A stretch of 23,120 nucleotides of DNA from Candidatus Hadarchaeota archaeon (GCA_964561735.1 CAZLQN010000005.1:1-23120); one strand, 5' to 3'; positions 13,848 through 22,940 are shown, counted from the first letter of the stretch. The notes: generated by a model from the letters alone, not told the origin. Numbers and translations are program-made.

Positions 13848-14681
13848 ATGTGTGATAAGATGATCGATGAAAAGCTCTCGCGAATGAAGTCCGCGATCGG
13901 CGAATGTGGTAGCGCCGTGATAGCGTTCTCTGGCGGAGTAGATTCGTCGCTAGTTTGCGCTGTTGCCCATGAAGTTTTGGGTGGCAATGTTGTTGCAGTC
14001 ACAGCTATCTCTCCAACATATCCTTCTGGAGAAATTGAGGTCGCAAAAAAAGTCGCTGGACAGATAGGCATCAAGCACATGGTCATAACCACGAATGAGC
14101 TCAGGGACAAGAACTTCACAAAGAATCCCGCCGAGCGATGTTACTACTGTAAGAGTGAACTTCTGAGAAAGCTCGATGGTGTGCGAAAAAAACTGAGATT
14201 TAAAAAGATCTTCGATGGGACAAATCGCGATGATTTTTTGGATTTCCGACCGGGGTTGCGCGCGGTGGAAGAATTCAACGTTTTAAGCCCCCTAGCGCTC
14301 GCTGGGATGACGAAGGAGGATGTGAGGAAGCTCGCCGTGCGGCTCGGCCTGCCGAGCGCCGACAAGCCCGCGACCCCATGTCTTGCATCGAGGATACCGT
14401 TCGGTCAAAAAATTACGCGAAGAAAGTTGCAGCGTATAGCAAAGGGCGAGGAGTTCATGCGCTCTTTGGGATTTCGAGTCGTGCGGGTGCGTGACCACGG
14501 CGATCTTGCGAGGGTGGAAGTTGGAAAGGATGAGCTGAAAAAAGCTAAAAAGCTCGAGGATAAAATTTGTGCAGCTTTGAAAAAGATAGGTTACATTCGG
14601 GTAGAACTAGATCCTCGTGGCTACCGCATGGGTGGCGCAAATCGACTGGAGTCAAGTAGATTCAACTTGGTTCGAGCATGA
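13848..14681 (+). CDS. larE: LarE-like PP-loop ATP-dependent sulfur transferase (COG1606 family)
   Basis: PP-loop AFSGGVDSS, CYYCK, and the PCLASRIPFG motif containing the LarE sacrificial-Cys position. The start is uncertain: TTG 13827, ATG 13848 or ATG 13860. Confidence 0.75.
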   Translation: MCDKMIDEKLSRMKSAIGECGSAVIAFSGGVDSSLVCAVAHEVLGGNVVAVTAISPTYPSGEIEVAKKVAGQIGIKHMVITTNELRDKNFTKNPAERCYYCKSELLRKLDGVRKKLRFKKIFDGTNRDDFLDFRPGLRAVEEFNVLSPLALAGMTKEDVRKLAVRLGLPSADKPATPCLASRIPFGQKITRRKLQRIAKGEEFMRSLGFRVVRVRDHGDLARVEVGKDELKKAKKLEDKICAALKKIGYIRVELDPRGYRMGGANRLESSRFNLVRA

Positions 14682-15468
14682 GATTTGCCGCTTCCTCTAT
14701 CGTTGAAACTTCTTGGATTTGGAGCCCCCATCCCTGCTGTTGAGCGTAATCTTGCAAGTAAGAAATTGGCTTGTACTCCGTCAAAGCCCAAGGCCCTACT
14801 TGCTTGTAAACTTCGACATATTGACCTTTTGGGACTAGAAAAAGCGTCGCACTATTATCGTGTGCGGCCTTCGCCTTCGCATAGACGCCGCCGATCAGCC
14901 CGATGGTGTGGTCCGCCTGAACTGTGCCAGTAATTATCACATCGCTTCTGACTCTGCGATTTTCGATTGCTGCTATCGTCAAAACTGTTGTCGCCGCTCC
15001 TGCGCTCGGCCCATCGACGGCTTGGATCTCAATTGTTTGCTCTGTCGGTACAGATATTAAGAAAAGGACATCAACTCCTTTTAATCCTACTCCATCGTCA
15101 TCCAACGCGACGCCCGTGATTTCCGCCGCTACTTTTACAGCGGTTCGTTCTGCATACTGAAAATCAAATCCTACTAGCGGGTGGGTGTCAACAAGGATGC
15201 GACCACTGCCTTTCTCTAGCTCCACCATTAGTTCAGAAATTACCCCAGTGCCGTCCGAACGCACCGCGGCCATTTTGGTAGAAAGTGTCTTGTTCTCGCC
15301 CTCCGCGAGCAAAAGTTGTTGCCCCTGAGATTGTGTCTGGCGAAAAGCAATTGAGTAGATTACCGCTCCAGAAAGCACGCCTGCTATAAATGCCGCCGTA
15401 ACCGCTACAAATAGGAAACGTTTGTCAAGAAATCTTCGCCTAATCCTAGAACGTTTTGATTTAGCCAT
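14662..15468 (-). CDS. Membrane-anchored Lon-protease-like (S16 proteolytic domain) serine peptidase
   Basis: N-terminal basic stretch plus a TM helix (FLFVAVTAAFIAGVLSGAVIY). C-terminal VDGPSAGAATTV...ITGTV...G.IGLIGGVYAKAKAA matches the Lon C-terminal Ser-Lys dyad region. GGTGA SD. Confidence 0.7.
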   Translation of the reverse strand: MAKSKRSRIRRRFLDKRFLFVAVTAAFIAGVLSGAVIYSIAFRQTQSQGQQLLLAEGENKTLSTKMAAVRSDGTGVISELMVELEKGSGRILVDTHPLVGFDFQYAERTAVKVAAEITGVALDDDGVGLKGVDVLFLISVPTEQTIEIQAVDGPSAGAATTVLTIAAIENRRVRSDVIITGTVQADHTIGLIGGVYAKAKAAHDNSATLFLVPKGQYVEVYKQVGPWALTEYKPISYLQDYAQQQGWGLQIQEVSTIEEAANLMLEPS

Positions 15469-15498
15469 CGATTCACCTTTTGGACTCTCGATCCAAGT

Positions 15499-17646
15499 TT
15501 ACACGTTTAACCTTTTTAACAGTAGCGAGTTCCCGACGACCGTGATATCGCTCAGCACCATCGCGATCGCAGCTACCATCGGCGAGATCACAACGATACC
15601 GAGGAACGGGTACAGGACACCAGCCGCCACAGGTATCGCCGCCACGTTGTAGAAGAACGCGAAGAAGAGGTTCTGTTTGATTTTGTTCATGGTCTTCCTG
15701 CTCAACTCCATGAAGTGCGCGACGTCCGTCAGGTCGTTTTTCATCAGCACGACTTCTCCCGCTTCCATCGCGACGTCCGTGCCCGCGCCTATGGCTATTC
15801 CGACATCGGCTTGGGTCAGGGCAGGCGCGTCGTTGATGCCGTCTCCGACCATCCCGACGACTTCGCCCCTTCTCTGCAATTTCTTGATCTCGTTCACCTT
15901 GTCCTTCGGTAGGACATCAGCTATGACTTGATCGATTCCAGCTTTCTTCGCTATCGCCTTCGCGACTCGCTCGTTGTCCCCGGTGAGCATCGCCACCTTC
16001 ACGCCGGATTTCTTGAGTTCGTTCACTGTTTTCACTGATTGTTTTCTCAGCACATCGGCCACGGCGATGAGCCCAACAGCTTTTTTATTGATCACCAAAA
16101 TCATCGTCGTCTTACCTTCACCCTCAAGTTCATCGATTCGTGAGTCCAAGTGCGCAGTGCTCACTCGCTTGGTCGACATCAATTTTCTGCTTCCGAGCAG
16201 GATCTCTTTTCCTCCGTAGTTTGCCACAACGCCAGCCCCAGGGAGTGCTTTGAACCACTTTGCGTCGGGTATTTTTTTCAACTTTTTATTAGCCTCGCCA
16301 ACTATCGCGTTCGCTAGCGGATGTTCAGAATTTTTTTCAGCGATGGCGGCGAGCCGCAGGATTTCTTTATTGTTTCCCTGTGCGATGACATCCGTCACCC
16401 GTGGTTCCCCTACCGTCAGCGTACGAGTCTTATCGAAGACGATTGTGGTCATTTTGCGGGCCCGTTCGAGCGCGCCCCCGTTTTTTATCAGGATTCCATG
16501 CTCAGCGCCTTTTCCCAGCCCAACCATCACGGCAGTTGGGGTCGCAATTCCAAGGGCGCACGGACAGGCAACAACTAAAACCGATACGAAGATGGTCAGG
16601 GCGAACAGGAACGATGAGCTGGCCAACCAATACCACACGGCGAAGCTCGCCAAGGCTATCGCTAGGACCGTTGGGACAAAATAGTTCACGACCGAGTCGG
16701 CGATCCTTTGTATTGGCGCTTTGGAGGCGTGGGCTTCCTCGACCAGCCTTATTATTTGCGCCAATGTCGTGTCTTTGCCGACCCTTGTGGCCTTGAACCT
16801 CAGTGCGCCGGTTTTGTTTATGGTGGCGCTGATCACTTTGTCTCCCGCTCTCTTCTCTACGGGCAGGGATTCGCCGGTGACGAGCGACTCATCCACAGAC
16901 GAGCGTCCGCCGATGACCGCACCGTCGACGGGTATCCGCTCGCCAGGTCTGACAAGAACGATGTCGCCAGCTTTTATCTCCTCGACTGAAATCAAGATCT
17001 CCTTACCACGAAGAACAGTCGCGGTCTTTGGTTGGAGCATGATGAGTTTCTTGATCGCCTCCCCAGTCCGACCTTTCGCCAGCTCTTCGAGGAACATGCC
17101 GATTGAGATTGTGATAAGAATCGTGGTCGAAGCCTCGTAGAAGGTTGCTCCAGTTATGAAGAATGTCGCGGCCACGCTGTAGACGTAAGCAGTCGACGTG
17201 CTCAGCGAGACCAGGACATCCATGTTCGCGAACCTGCTTTTCAACGAGTAGTATGCGCCCTTGTAGAAGCGCCAGCCAACGATGAACTGAACTGGCGTCG
17301 CGAGGGCGAAGAGCAAGAGTTTCTTCTGGGGAAGATCGGTGAATAGCTCAACGAGCAACACTGGCACGGTGAGGGCCAAGCCGAGAGCGATGACGGCCGC
17401 GCGCCGCTGCAGTCGCTTTTTTTCAATTGGTTTTTCTCTGACTTTGTAGCCAGCGTCTACCACGGCTTGCTTTATTTTTTCTATGCTCACACGTTGCGCA
17501 TCGTACTCTACGATCGCCTTCTCGGTTGCGAAGCTGACGCTTGCTTCGATGACACCTTCCAACTTGCCCAGCGATTTTTCGATGGCGATGGCGCAGTGAG
17601 CGCAGTCCATACCCTCTATTTCTAGCGTAACGCTTCTTTTTACCAC
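15499..17646 (-). CDS. copA: Copper(I)/heavy-metal translocating P1B-type ATPase
   Basis: N-terminal HMA domain GMDCAHC, TGES, CPC (VACPCALG), phosphorylation site region [25 protein letters not shown] start with a GGTGA SD. Confidence 0.9.
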   Translation of the reverse strand: MVKRSVTLEIEGMDCAHCAIAIEKSLGKLEGVIEASVSFATEKAIVEYDAQRVSIEKIKQAVVDAGYKVREKPIEKKRLQRRAAVIALGLALTVPVLLVELFTDLPQKKLLLFALATPVQFIVGWRFYKGAYYSLKSRFANMDVLVSLSTSTAYVYSVAATFFITGATFYEASTTILITISIGMFLEELAKGRTGEAIKKLIMLQPKTATVLRGKEILISVEEIKAGDIVLVRPGERIPVDGAVIGGRSSVDESLVTGESLPVEKRAGDKVISATINKTGALRFKATRVGKDTTLAQIIRLVEEAHASKAPIQRIADSVVNYFVPTVLAIALASFAVWYWLASSSFLFALTIFVSVLVVACPCALGIATPTAVMVGLGKGAEHGILIKNGGALERARKMTTIVFDKTRTLTVGEPRVTDVIAQGNNKEILRLAAIAEKNSEHPLANAIVGEANKKLKKIPDAKWFKALPGAGVVANYGGKEILLGSRKLMSTKRVSTAHLDSRIDELEGEGKTTMILVINKKAVGLIAVADVLRKQSVKTVNELKKSGVKVAMLTGDNERVAKAIAKKAGIDQVIADVLPKDKVNEIKKLQRRGEVVGMVGDGINDAPALTQADVGIAIGAGTDVAMEAGEVVLMKNDLTDVAHFMELSRKTMNKIKQNLFFAFFYNVAAIPVAAGVLYPFLGIVVISPMVAAIAMVLSDITVVGNSLLLKRLNV

Positions 17647-17682
17647 ATTTTCACCAGTTTCTAATAAGGCCGTTAATTACAC

Positions 17683-17994
17683 CTAAACTTTGTGGTGAAT
17701 TCCAAAGGAGTCCAGCAATTTATTTGTTTCATCTGTGGCCTTTTCTCGTGCGGCCGTTTCATTGATGCCAAAGTCGAGAAAGTTTTGTACCAGAATATCT
17801 CGATACAACGCTACGTTGGCCAAGAAATCTTTTAGACTAAGCTTGCCTATCACAATGCCCGCGTGGACCATGACCAAGTCATTTGGCGAGATCTTCTTTG
17901 TGGCGACCATGACCTCCTTCCTGACGCCGCCGAAATCCACGATGGCTGTGTGACCACTGATATCTATCACTTTTCCCGGCACACCCCAACACAT
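17683..17994 (-). CDS. hypC: Hydrogenase maturation chaperone HypC/HupF family
   Basis: Starts MCWGVPGKVIDI (essential Cys2). The ATG lies 1 nt after the hypD stop. Its 103 aa is longer than a minimal HypC. Confidence 0.85.
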   Translation of the reverse strand: MCWGVPGKVIDISGHTAIVDFGGVRKEVMVATKKISPNDLVMVHAGIVIGKLSLKDFLANVALYRDILVQNFLDFGINETAAREKATDETNKLLDSFGIHHKV

Positions 17995-17995
17995 G

Positions 17996-19195
17996 CTAGC
18001 CGCCTCCAGTGTGCCCTTCGGGCGGAACAGGACTTCCGCCGCCGTACCTTGCCCACACGTTGCATGTCCCCTCGAAGGACACCATGCATGGACCCCATGG
18101 CTTCGTGGGTGAACAGTCCTTCATAAAAAGGGGACAATCAGTCGGTTTCGCTATGCCGACAACGACTTCGCCGCACCTACATTTGGGGGGAAGATCGTGC
18201 TTCCACTCCTTCGGCGTCAAATCTGGCATGCCAAAGTGTGCCAAAGCATCGTACTTCTTGAAGAATTTTCCTTTGAGTTTGAGCCCGCTCTTGGGGATAA
18301 ATCCGATCCCTCTCCAAGCTGCGTTTGTCCTCTCGAAGACTTCTTCGATCAACCCCTTTGCGTAGGTATTTCCATCCCAACTGACGAGCCTATTGTACTC
18401 TATCTTGATTGCTGCTTTGTTGTTTTTCAACATCAAGAGTATCTGGGCAACTGCCATCAGGACATCGATCGGTTCGAACCCAGCGACCACGGTCGGCAAA
18501 TTGTGTTCTCGCGGAAGGAACTCCCACTCGACCGCTCCAGTTATGGTCGAAACGTGCCCTGGGGCTATGACCCCTTTTATCGGCAGCAGCCCGCGTTCTT
18601 GGTAAAACTTTATGGTATACTTCATCGCGGGCGGAGTCAACCTCACCGTGCTTAGGAACTTGAGATTTTCTGGAACCATTCCTTCCTTGATTGCCAACGC
18701 GTAGCTCGGGGCCGTCGTCTCGAACCCTATCCCTAGAAAAACACTTTCTTTGCCGTCCGCGGAGTCCTTCGCCGCGTCCAAGAAACTGTAAACGACTTTA
18801 ACGTCGCCCCCGTTCGCCTTAGCTTCCTCTAAGTTGCTCGGATAGTTTAACCGGATGCTACGCAGCCTCAGTGAATCGCCATATGTGTATATCCTGACAC
18901 CTTTTGACGCCAGTTTCATGACGACATCGACGTAGTAAGCCGGGGTCACGCACACTGGACAGCCGGGCCCGGCAACCAAGTCCAAAAATGGAGGTAACAG
19001 GTTCCTCAAGCCATAGTACGTCGTCGTCCACTCGTGGGTGCCGCAAAAGTTCATTATCTTGATCGAATCACATTTCTCCCTCTCCTTGATCGCGTTGGCG
19101 TATCTCCAGATGGTTTTTTTAAGATCCAACGCCAAGGGGAGGTTCTGCCTGAAAATCTGTTTCAGAACATCTGGATCCTTAAGCCAGCTCTTCAT
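17996..19195 (-). CDS. hypD: [NiFe]-hydrogenase maturation protein HypD
   Basis: FCGTHEW, GPGCPVCVTP, and the C-terminal Cys cluster PPKCRCGEV...CPLF...PCMVSFEGTC. Confidence 0.92.
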   Translation of the reverse strand: MKSWLKDPDVLKQIFRQNLPLALDLKKTIWRYANAIKEREKCDSIKIMNFCGTHEWTTTYYGLRNLLPPFLDLVAGPGCPVCVTPAYYVDVVMKLASKGVRIYTYGDSLRLRSIRLNYPSNLEEAKANGGDVKVVYSFLDAAKDSADGKESVFLGIGFETTAPSYALAIKEGMVPENLKFLSTVRLTPPAMKYTIKFYQERGLLPIKGVIAPGHVSTITGAVEWEFLPREHNLPTVVAGFEPIDVLMAVAQILLMLKNNKAAIKIEYNRLVSWDGNTYAKGLIEEVFERTNAAWRGIGFIPKSGLKLKGKFFKKYDALAHFGMPDLTPKEWKHDLPPKCRCGEVVVGIAKPTDCPLFMKDCSPTKPWGPCMVSFEGTCNVWARYGGGSPVPPEGHTGGG

Positions 19196-19342
19196 GGAAT
19201 TGCACCACTCCGCTATCGCCTCAAGTTCTTCTTTAACATTTTGGAGCTAGTTAGTTCGTATCAGCATGTAACAAGTTAGAAGGAGAGCGAAAAGTACGTG
19301 TTTAGTTGTTTAGGTTCAACTTAGTATTACGCCGCTGAGGTG

Positions 19343-19356
19343 TGCACGGCCGTGCA
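19343..19356. promoter_or_regulatory. Palindromic site 1: TGCACGGCCGTGCA (perfect 14-bp palindrome)
   Basis: Read directly. Lies 4 nt beyond the stop of the small ORF and about 150 nt upstream of the hypD start. Confidence 0.6.
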
Positions 19357-19359
19357 GTA

Positions 19360-19617
19360 TCAAGGTGGCTGGCGTCGTGCCCCGATTCTGAATTCGTACC
19401 ACTTCAACTCTGGCCCTTCGAAGTGTTTTAGGAGTTTTCTGAACTCACGCGAGTGTCTTTCGTCAACGAGATAAACCGAGCCGCCGACCTTGCTCCAGCT
19501 TTTCGGCGAGAGCCCTTCGAGGGTTCGCTTCAAGTTGATGTAAAACCACCGCTTTCGCCTCGCCTTGTCGCGGAGTTCCCACGTGAACAAAACCGATTTC
19601 TCTCGCTTGCTGTGCAC
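19360..19617 (-). CDS. Small basic hypothetical protein (85 aa), candidate DNA-binding/regulatory protein
   Basis: GTG start preceded by GGGGAG 9 nt upstream, with a TTTATAAA box at about 19656-19663. The pattern VLFTWEL / RRKRWFYINLKRTL / GGSVYLV / SREFRKLLKHF / WYEFRI suggests a beta-alpha-beta-beta-alpha-beta (ferredoxin/Cas2-like) fold. The gene is exactly bracketed by two copies of the palindrome. Confidence 0.5.
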   Translation of the reverse strand: MHSKREKSVLFTWELRDKARRKRWFYINLKRTLEGLSPKSWSKVGGSVYLVDERHSREFRKLLKHFEGPELKWYEFRIGARRQPP

Positions 19618-19626
19618 GGCCGTGAA
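19613..19626. promoter_or_regulatory. Palindromic site 2: TGCACGGCCGTGAA (13/14)
   Basis: Overlaps the GTG start codon (19617..19615) and the SD spacer of the small ORF. Confidence 0.6.
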
Positions 19627-19655
19627 CTCCCCGCCGATGCTTTGGTCGAAGGGTG

Positions 19656-19663
19656 TTTATAAA
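19656..19663 (-). promoter_or_regulatory. TATA box (TTTATAAA) for the small ORF / hyp operon direction
   Basis: About 40 nt upstream of the GTG at 19617 on the minus strand. Located between palindrome sites 2 and 3. Confidence 0.45.
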
Positions 19664-19679
19664 GACAGAACAAACACCG

Positions 19680-19693
19680 TGCACGGCCGTGCA
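19680..19693. promoter_or_regulatory. Palindromic site 3: TGCACGGCCGTGCA (perfect)
   Basis: Sits between the two divergent TATA boxes. It ends 4 nt upstream of TTATATA, which is the BRE position of the flavodiiron promoter. Confidence 0.6.
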
Positions 19694-19697
19694 TTCG

Positions 19698-19704
19698 TTA
19701 TATA
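19698..19704 (+). promoter_or_regulatory. TATA box (TTATATA) of the flavodiiron protein gene
   Basis: Consensus-like archaeal TATA element about 100 nt upstream of the ATG at 19804. Flanked by palindrome sites 3 and 4. Confidence 0.5.
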
Positions 19705-19731
19705 GGCGTTTGCCAAACGAGATGAAAATTG

Positions 19732-19745
19732 TGCACGGCCGTGAA
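19732..19745. promoter_or_regulatory. Palindromic site 4: TGCACGGCCGTGAA (13/14)
   Basis: Starts about 28 nt downstream of the TATA box 19698-19704, which is the expected transcription start of the flavodiiron gene. Confidence 0.6.
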
Positions 19746-19803
19746 GTTAGCAGGGACAGATCGGCTAAATAGATACGAGCGAAATAACTTTTGTTGGGTT
19801 AAA

Positions 19804-21000
19804 ATGGTCAAGGTCGTCGAGATTTCCAAAGGCATTTTCTGGGTTGGGGTTGAGGACAAGCATCGTAGGATATTTGACAGTCTAATAACTCTGCCGTATG
19901 GGACGTCTTACAATTCATATTTAGTGGTCGGGAAGGACAAGACCGCACTGATCGACACAGTCAATCCAGGATTCGAGAAAGAATTTTTTAAAAAAATTGG
20001 CAAAGTTGTGAATCCAGAAAAGATAGATTATTTGATAATGAACCACGCTGAACCCGACCACGCTGGCGGGATATCAGAGGTTTTGTCGAAAGCTAGATAC
20101 GCGAAACTTGTTGCCACTCAGAAGGGTGCAGAGATGGCGGGGGTTTTCCACGGTGTGCCACCCGAGCGGACGATGGTCGTCAGAGATGGGGATACTTTGG
20201 ACTTGGGTGGAAAGACGTTGAAGTTCATCGAGGCCCCATGGTTGCACTGGCCAGAGACGATGTTCACATATTGCGAAGAGGATGGAGTTCTATTCTCATG
20301 TGATTTCTTCGGTTCACACATCGCTTCCAATCGACTTTTCGACGATGAGTTTGGGGATATCCTTCACATAGAGGCCAAACGGTACTATTCAGAAATCATG
20401 ATGCCGTTCAACAAGTTCGTGTCGAATGGTTTGGATAAGGTCAAGGAAATCGATGTCAGGATGGTTGCGCCTAGTCATGGCCCAATCTACAAAAATCCAA
20501 GGAGAATAATCGATGCTTACGAGAAATGGGCTCGTGGACCGCTCGAGCAAAAGGTGGTAGTAGTCTACGTTTCGATGTGGGGAAATACCGAGGCGATGGC
20601 GAAAATCATCACAGATGCAATATTGAAAGAGGGCGTGGAAGCTGTATCGTACAACGCGTTTGCAACTGATGTTTCTTACATCGCCAGGGATTTGGTGGAT
20701 GCGAGCGCGGTGGTAGTGGGTTCTCCGACATTGCTGGGTGGAGTGCATCCGGTCGTCGGTTTGGTTGTGAGTCTAATAAAAGCGTTGAGGCCGCGCTTGA
20801 AGTATGCGGCGATCTTCGGTTCCTACGGCTGGGGCGGTGGGGCTGTGGATCGAATAAAAACCACATTGCAATCTGCCGGGCTTGAGATAATGGATGTTTC
20901 AAGTGTGAGGGGAAAACCCAAGAAAGAAGATTTTGAGAAGGCAGAAAATCTTGGTAAACTTGTTGCACAAAAAGTTAAAGAAATCGTAAAAATTTCCTAA
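19804..21000 (+). CDS. Flavodiiron protein (FprA/ROO-type O2 or NO reductase)
   Basis: MVKVVEISKGIFWVG..., a metallo-beta-lactamase-like diiron domain (NHAEPDHAG) followed by a flavodoxin-like domain (VVVVYVSMWGNTE). The track ORF start at 19729 lies inside the promoter and operator, so it is rejected. Confidence 0.9.
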   Translation: MVKVVEISKGIFWVGVEDKHRRIFDSLITLPYGTSYNSYLVVGKDKTALIDTVNPGFEKEFFKKIGKVVNPEKIDYLIMNHAEPDHAGGISEVLSKARYAKLVATQKGAEMAGVFHGVPPERTMVVRDGDTLDLGGKTLKFIEAPWLHWPETMFTYCEEDGVLFSCDFFGSHIASNRLFDDEFGDILHIEAKRYYSEIMMPFNKFVSNGLDKVKEIDVRMVAPSHGPIYKNPRRIIDAYEKWARGPLEQKVVVVYVSMWGNTEAMAKIITDAILKEGVEAVSYNAFATDVSYIARDLVDASAVVVGSPTLLGGVHPVVGLVVSLIKALRPRLKYAAIFGSYGWGGGAVDRIKTTLQSAGLEIMDVSSVRGKPKKEDFEKAENLGKLVAQKVKEIVKIS

Positions 21001-22220
21001 ATGGCGGCGGCAGTCGTAGTATCGACCATTCGTTTGATCTCAGTTTCCAACGCTTTTGGCAACCCGAAGATGCTCACGTCCATAAATCCCCTGACGATCA
21101 GCGACTGAGCTTCGAGTTCCGAAAATCCTCTTGCCATCAAGTATTGGATTTGCTCTTCCGCTATCTTGCCGACCGCAGCTTCGTGTGAGAGCTCGGTGCC
21201 CTTTACCTTCGCGGTGAGTTCAGGAATAGCGTGAATGAGTGCATCGTCTGAAAGCAAAAGACCTCTGCACTCAAGGTGCGCTTTAGTATCTTCTTTTTCT
21301 CCGACCAGAAGGCCACGGCTATATATTTTCGCGCGGTCGATAGCGATGGCGCGGGCGATGACTTCCGCTCTGCTCCCGGTTCCTTGGAGGATTGCTTTAG
21401 AGCCGACATCTAGGTATGAATCTCCAGATCCATATAGAATAGAGGTAAATCTGGCTCTCGAATTTTTTCCCTTGCAATAAGCGACTGGATACATCTGGAG
21501 GCTCTTCACAGGGTTCAGGCAAATGTAGTTGGTCACGAACGTGGCGTTATCTTCAACGAGCGCCCCAGTTCGGGGGCGGACATCAAAATTTTGTGCCCAG
21601 TTATGAATCATGGTGAAAGTGAGTTTTGCCCCTTCTTTTATGAAAAATTCTGAAATCCCCACATGCAGCCCGCGCCGGACGTTTGGATGGACGGTGCAGC
21701 CAGTTATTATCTGAACCTCTGAATTCGGCTCGGCTATTATGACGTTGTGGACGTTCTGATCCAGGTTATCCTTCGAGATGAAAAGGCACGCCTGCAGCGG
21801 CAATGTAATTTTTTGCCCCTCCAGCGCCCTGATGAAATAGCCTCTGTCCCACTCCAGCTCGGCCAAGGCGGTGTATTTGTCTGCATCAGCGGAAACGACT
21901 TTCCACCAGTAATCCTCCATCCAGTCATATTTTTCAAACGCGTCTTTGGTGCTCATTATCTCTGCTTTTCCTTCGAACATTTTTTGAACTTTTTGGAAAA
22001 CTGTTGAATGGTCTACTTGGAAATACGTGCCAGCTCTTTCCCCCTCATCTGTTCTAACACCAACGGTCAGCGCTCTCCGCGCGAGGTCTTCTGGGAGGGA
22101 AGCAACTGGGCAGCAGGACCAAGGTTTGGCTTCCCTCGTGAATCCTTTAACGTCGATATCCGGGCCGATGGCTGCTGGCTTTTCCTTTGCCTTTAGTGCG
22201 GCATCTTTGCTTTTGGACAT
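20997..22220 (-). CDS. sufB: SufB/SufD-family Fe-S cluster assembly scaffold protein
   Basis: 407 aa. The C-terminal region ...GTELSHEAAVGKIAEEQIQYLMARGFSELEAQSLIVRGF is the SufB/D signature. Overlaps the sufC 3' end by 28 nt. The two-gene sufCB layout resembles archaeal minimal SUF-like systems. Confidence 0.85.
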   Translation of the reverse strand: MSKSKDAALKAKEKPAAIGPDIDVKGFTREAKPWSCCPVASLPEDLARRALTVGVRTDEGERAGTYFQVDHSTVFQKVQKMFEGKAEIMSTKDAFEKYDWMEDYWWKVVSADADKYTALAELEWDRGYFIRALEGQKITLPLQACLFISKDNLDQNVHNVIIAEPNSEVQIITGCTVHPNVRRGLHVGISEFFIKEGAKLTFTMIHNWAQNFDVRPRTGALVEDNATFVTNYICLNPVKSLQMYPVAYCKGKNSRARFTSILYGSGDSYLDVGSKAILQGTGSRAEVIARAIAIDRAKIYSRGLLVGEKEDTKAHLECRGLLLSDDALIHAIPELTAKVKGTELSHEAAVGKIAEEQIQYLMARGFSELEAQSLIVRGFMDVSIFGLPKALETEIKRMVDTTTAAAI

Positions 22221-22936
22221 CTTTCACACCACTTGTAACCTTTCTTCATTATTTGGCCGAGAACTTTGGCTGGTTTCCCCCAGCAGGCGATTCTTCCCTT
22301 GATCATTACGTGTGCTTTGTCAGCTTCAACATACTGCAAGATGTGACCGAGGTGCGTTATCAAAAGCCCAGACCTTTTTTTGAGCAAGTCGTTGATTGCA
22401 CGACCGACAACCTCTATATTCTCAACATCCACCCCAGAATCAGGCTCGTCGAATATCGCGAAGCTTGGCCTCTGGACGAGCAACTGCAAAATCTCCGATC
22501 GCTTGAGCTCGCCTCCAGAAAATCCGACGTTTAAATCTCTGCTCAAAAACTCTGTGCCGAGGTTGATGGCCTTGGTCATTTTTGCCTCGTCAATTTTGCC
22601 CCTGGCTAGATGATGTAAAATATCGCCTAATTTAACGCCTCTTATTGCAGGCGGGGTTTGAAAAGCTATGCCGATTCCATGTTTCACGCGCTCGCTCGTT
22701 GGCATGTTTGTGATGTCGGTACCGTTAAGCAGAATTTCTCCCGATACAACGCGGTAGCTTGGGAAACCCAATATAGACATCATCAAAGTTGTTTTTCCGG
22801 ACCCGTTTGGGCCGAACAGGATGTGAGTTTCTCCTTTTGGTATCTCTATGTTTACACCATTCAGCACTTTTTTGCCTGCGATTTCAACGGCTAAATTTTT
22901 TATTCTTAAAGCAGCGGAGCCGCGTGGTTTCGCCAT
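22193..22936 (-). CDS. sufC: Fe-S cluster assembly ATPase SufC
   Basis: Walker A GPNGSGKTT, signature FSGGELKR, Walker B AIFDEPDSGVD. The ATG at 22936 lies 4 nt after a GGGTGA that also holds the upstream gene stop. The track start at 22948 is TTG. Confidence 0.9.
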   Translation of the reverse strand: MAKPRGSAALRIKNLAVEIAGKKVLNGVNIEIPKGETHILFGPNGSGKTTLMMSILGFPSYRVVSGEILLNGTDITNMPTSERVKHGIGIAFQTPPAIRGVKLGDILHHLARGKIDEAKMTKAINLGTEFLSRDLNVGFSGGELKRSEILQLLVQRPSFAIFDEPDSGVDVENIEVVGRAINDLLKKRSGLLITHLGHILQYVEADKAHVMIKGRIACWGKPAKVLGQIMKKGYKWCERCPKAKMPH

Positions 22937-22940
22937 TGGC

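Noticed and set aside
15677-17140. Multiple + strand ORFs of 65-144 aa inside copA, and similar antisense ORFs inside valS, hypD, the PRT-like gene, the ABC genes and sufB
   Set aside because: They lie opposite well-supported conserved genes in G+C-rich DNA. They have low-complexity Arg/Ser/Pro-rich translations and no SD or promoter signals, which is typical of shadow ORFs.
19343-19745. The repeated GTGCACGGCCGTG(C/A)A motif as a CRISPR array or MITE
   Set aside because: There are only four 14-15-bp copies with irregular spacing (270, 67 and 52 bp). One spacing holds a protein-coding ORF and the others hold TATA boxes. No cas genes are present and the repeat length is not CRISPR-like.
19729-19803. 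Extended starts from the ORF track: 19729 for the flavodiiron gene, 13697 for the Tag-like gene, 12479 for the Zn-ribbon gene, 22948 for sufC
   Set aside because: The extensions cover promoter, operator or tRNA-flanking sequence, or use TTG. Downstream ATG/GTG codons preceded by GGAG/GGTGA-type SDs, together with conserved N-termini, fit better.
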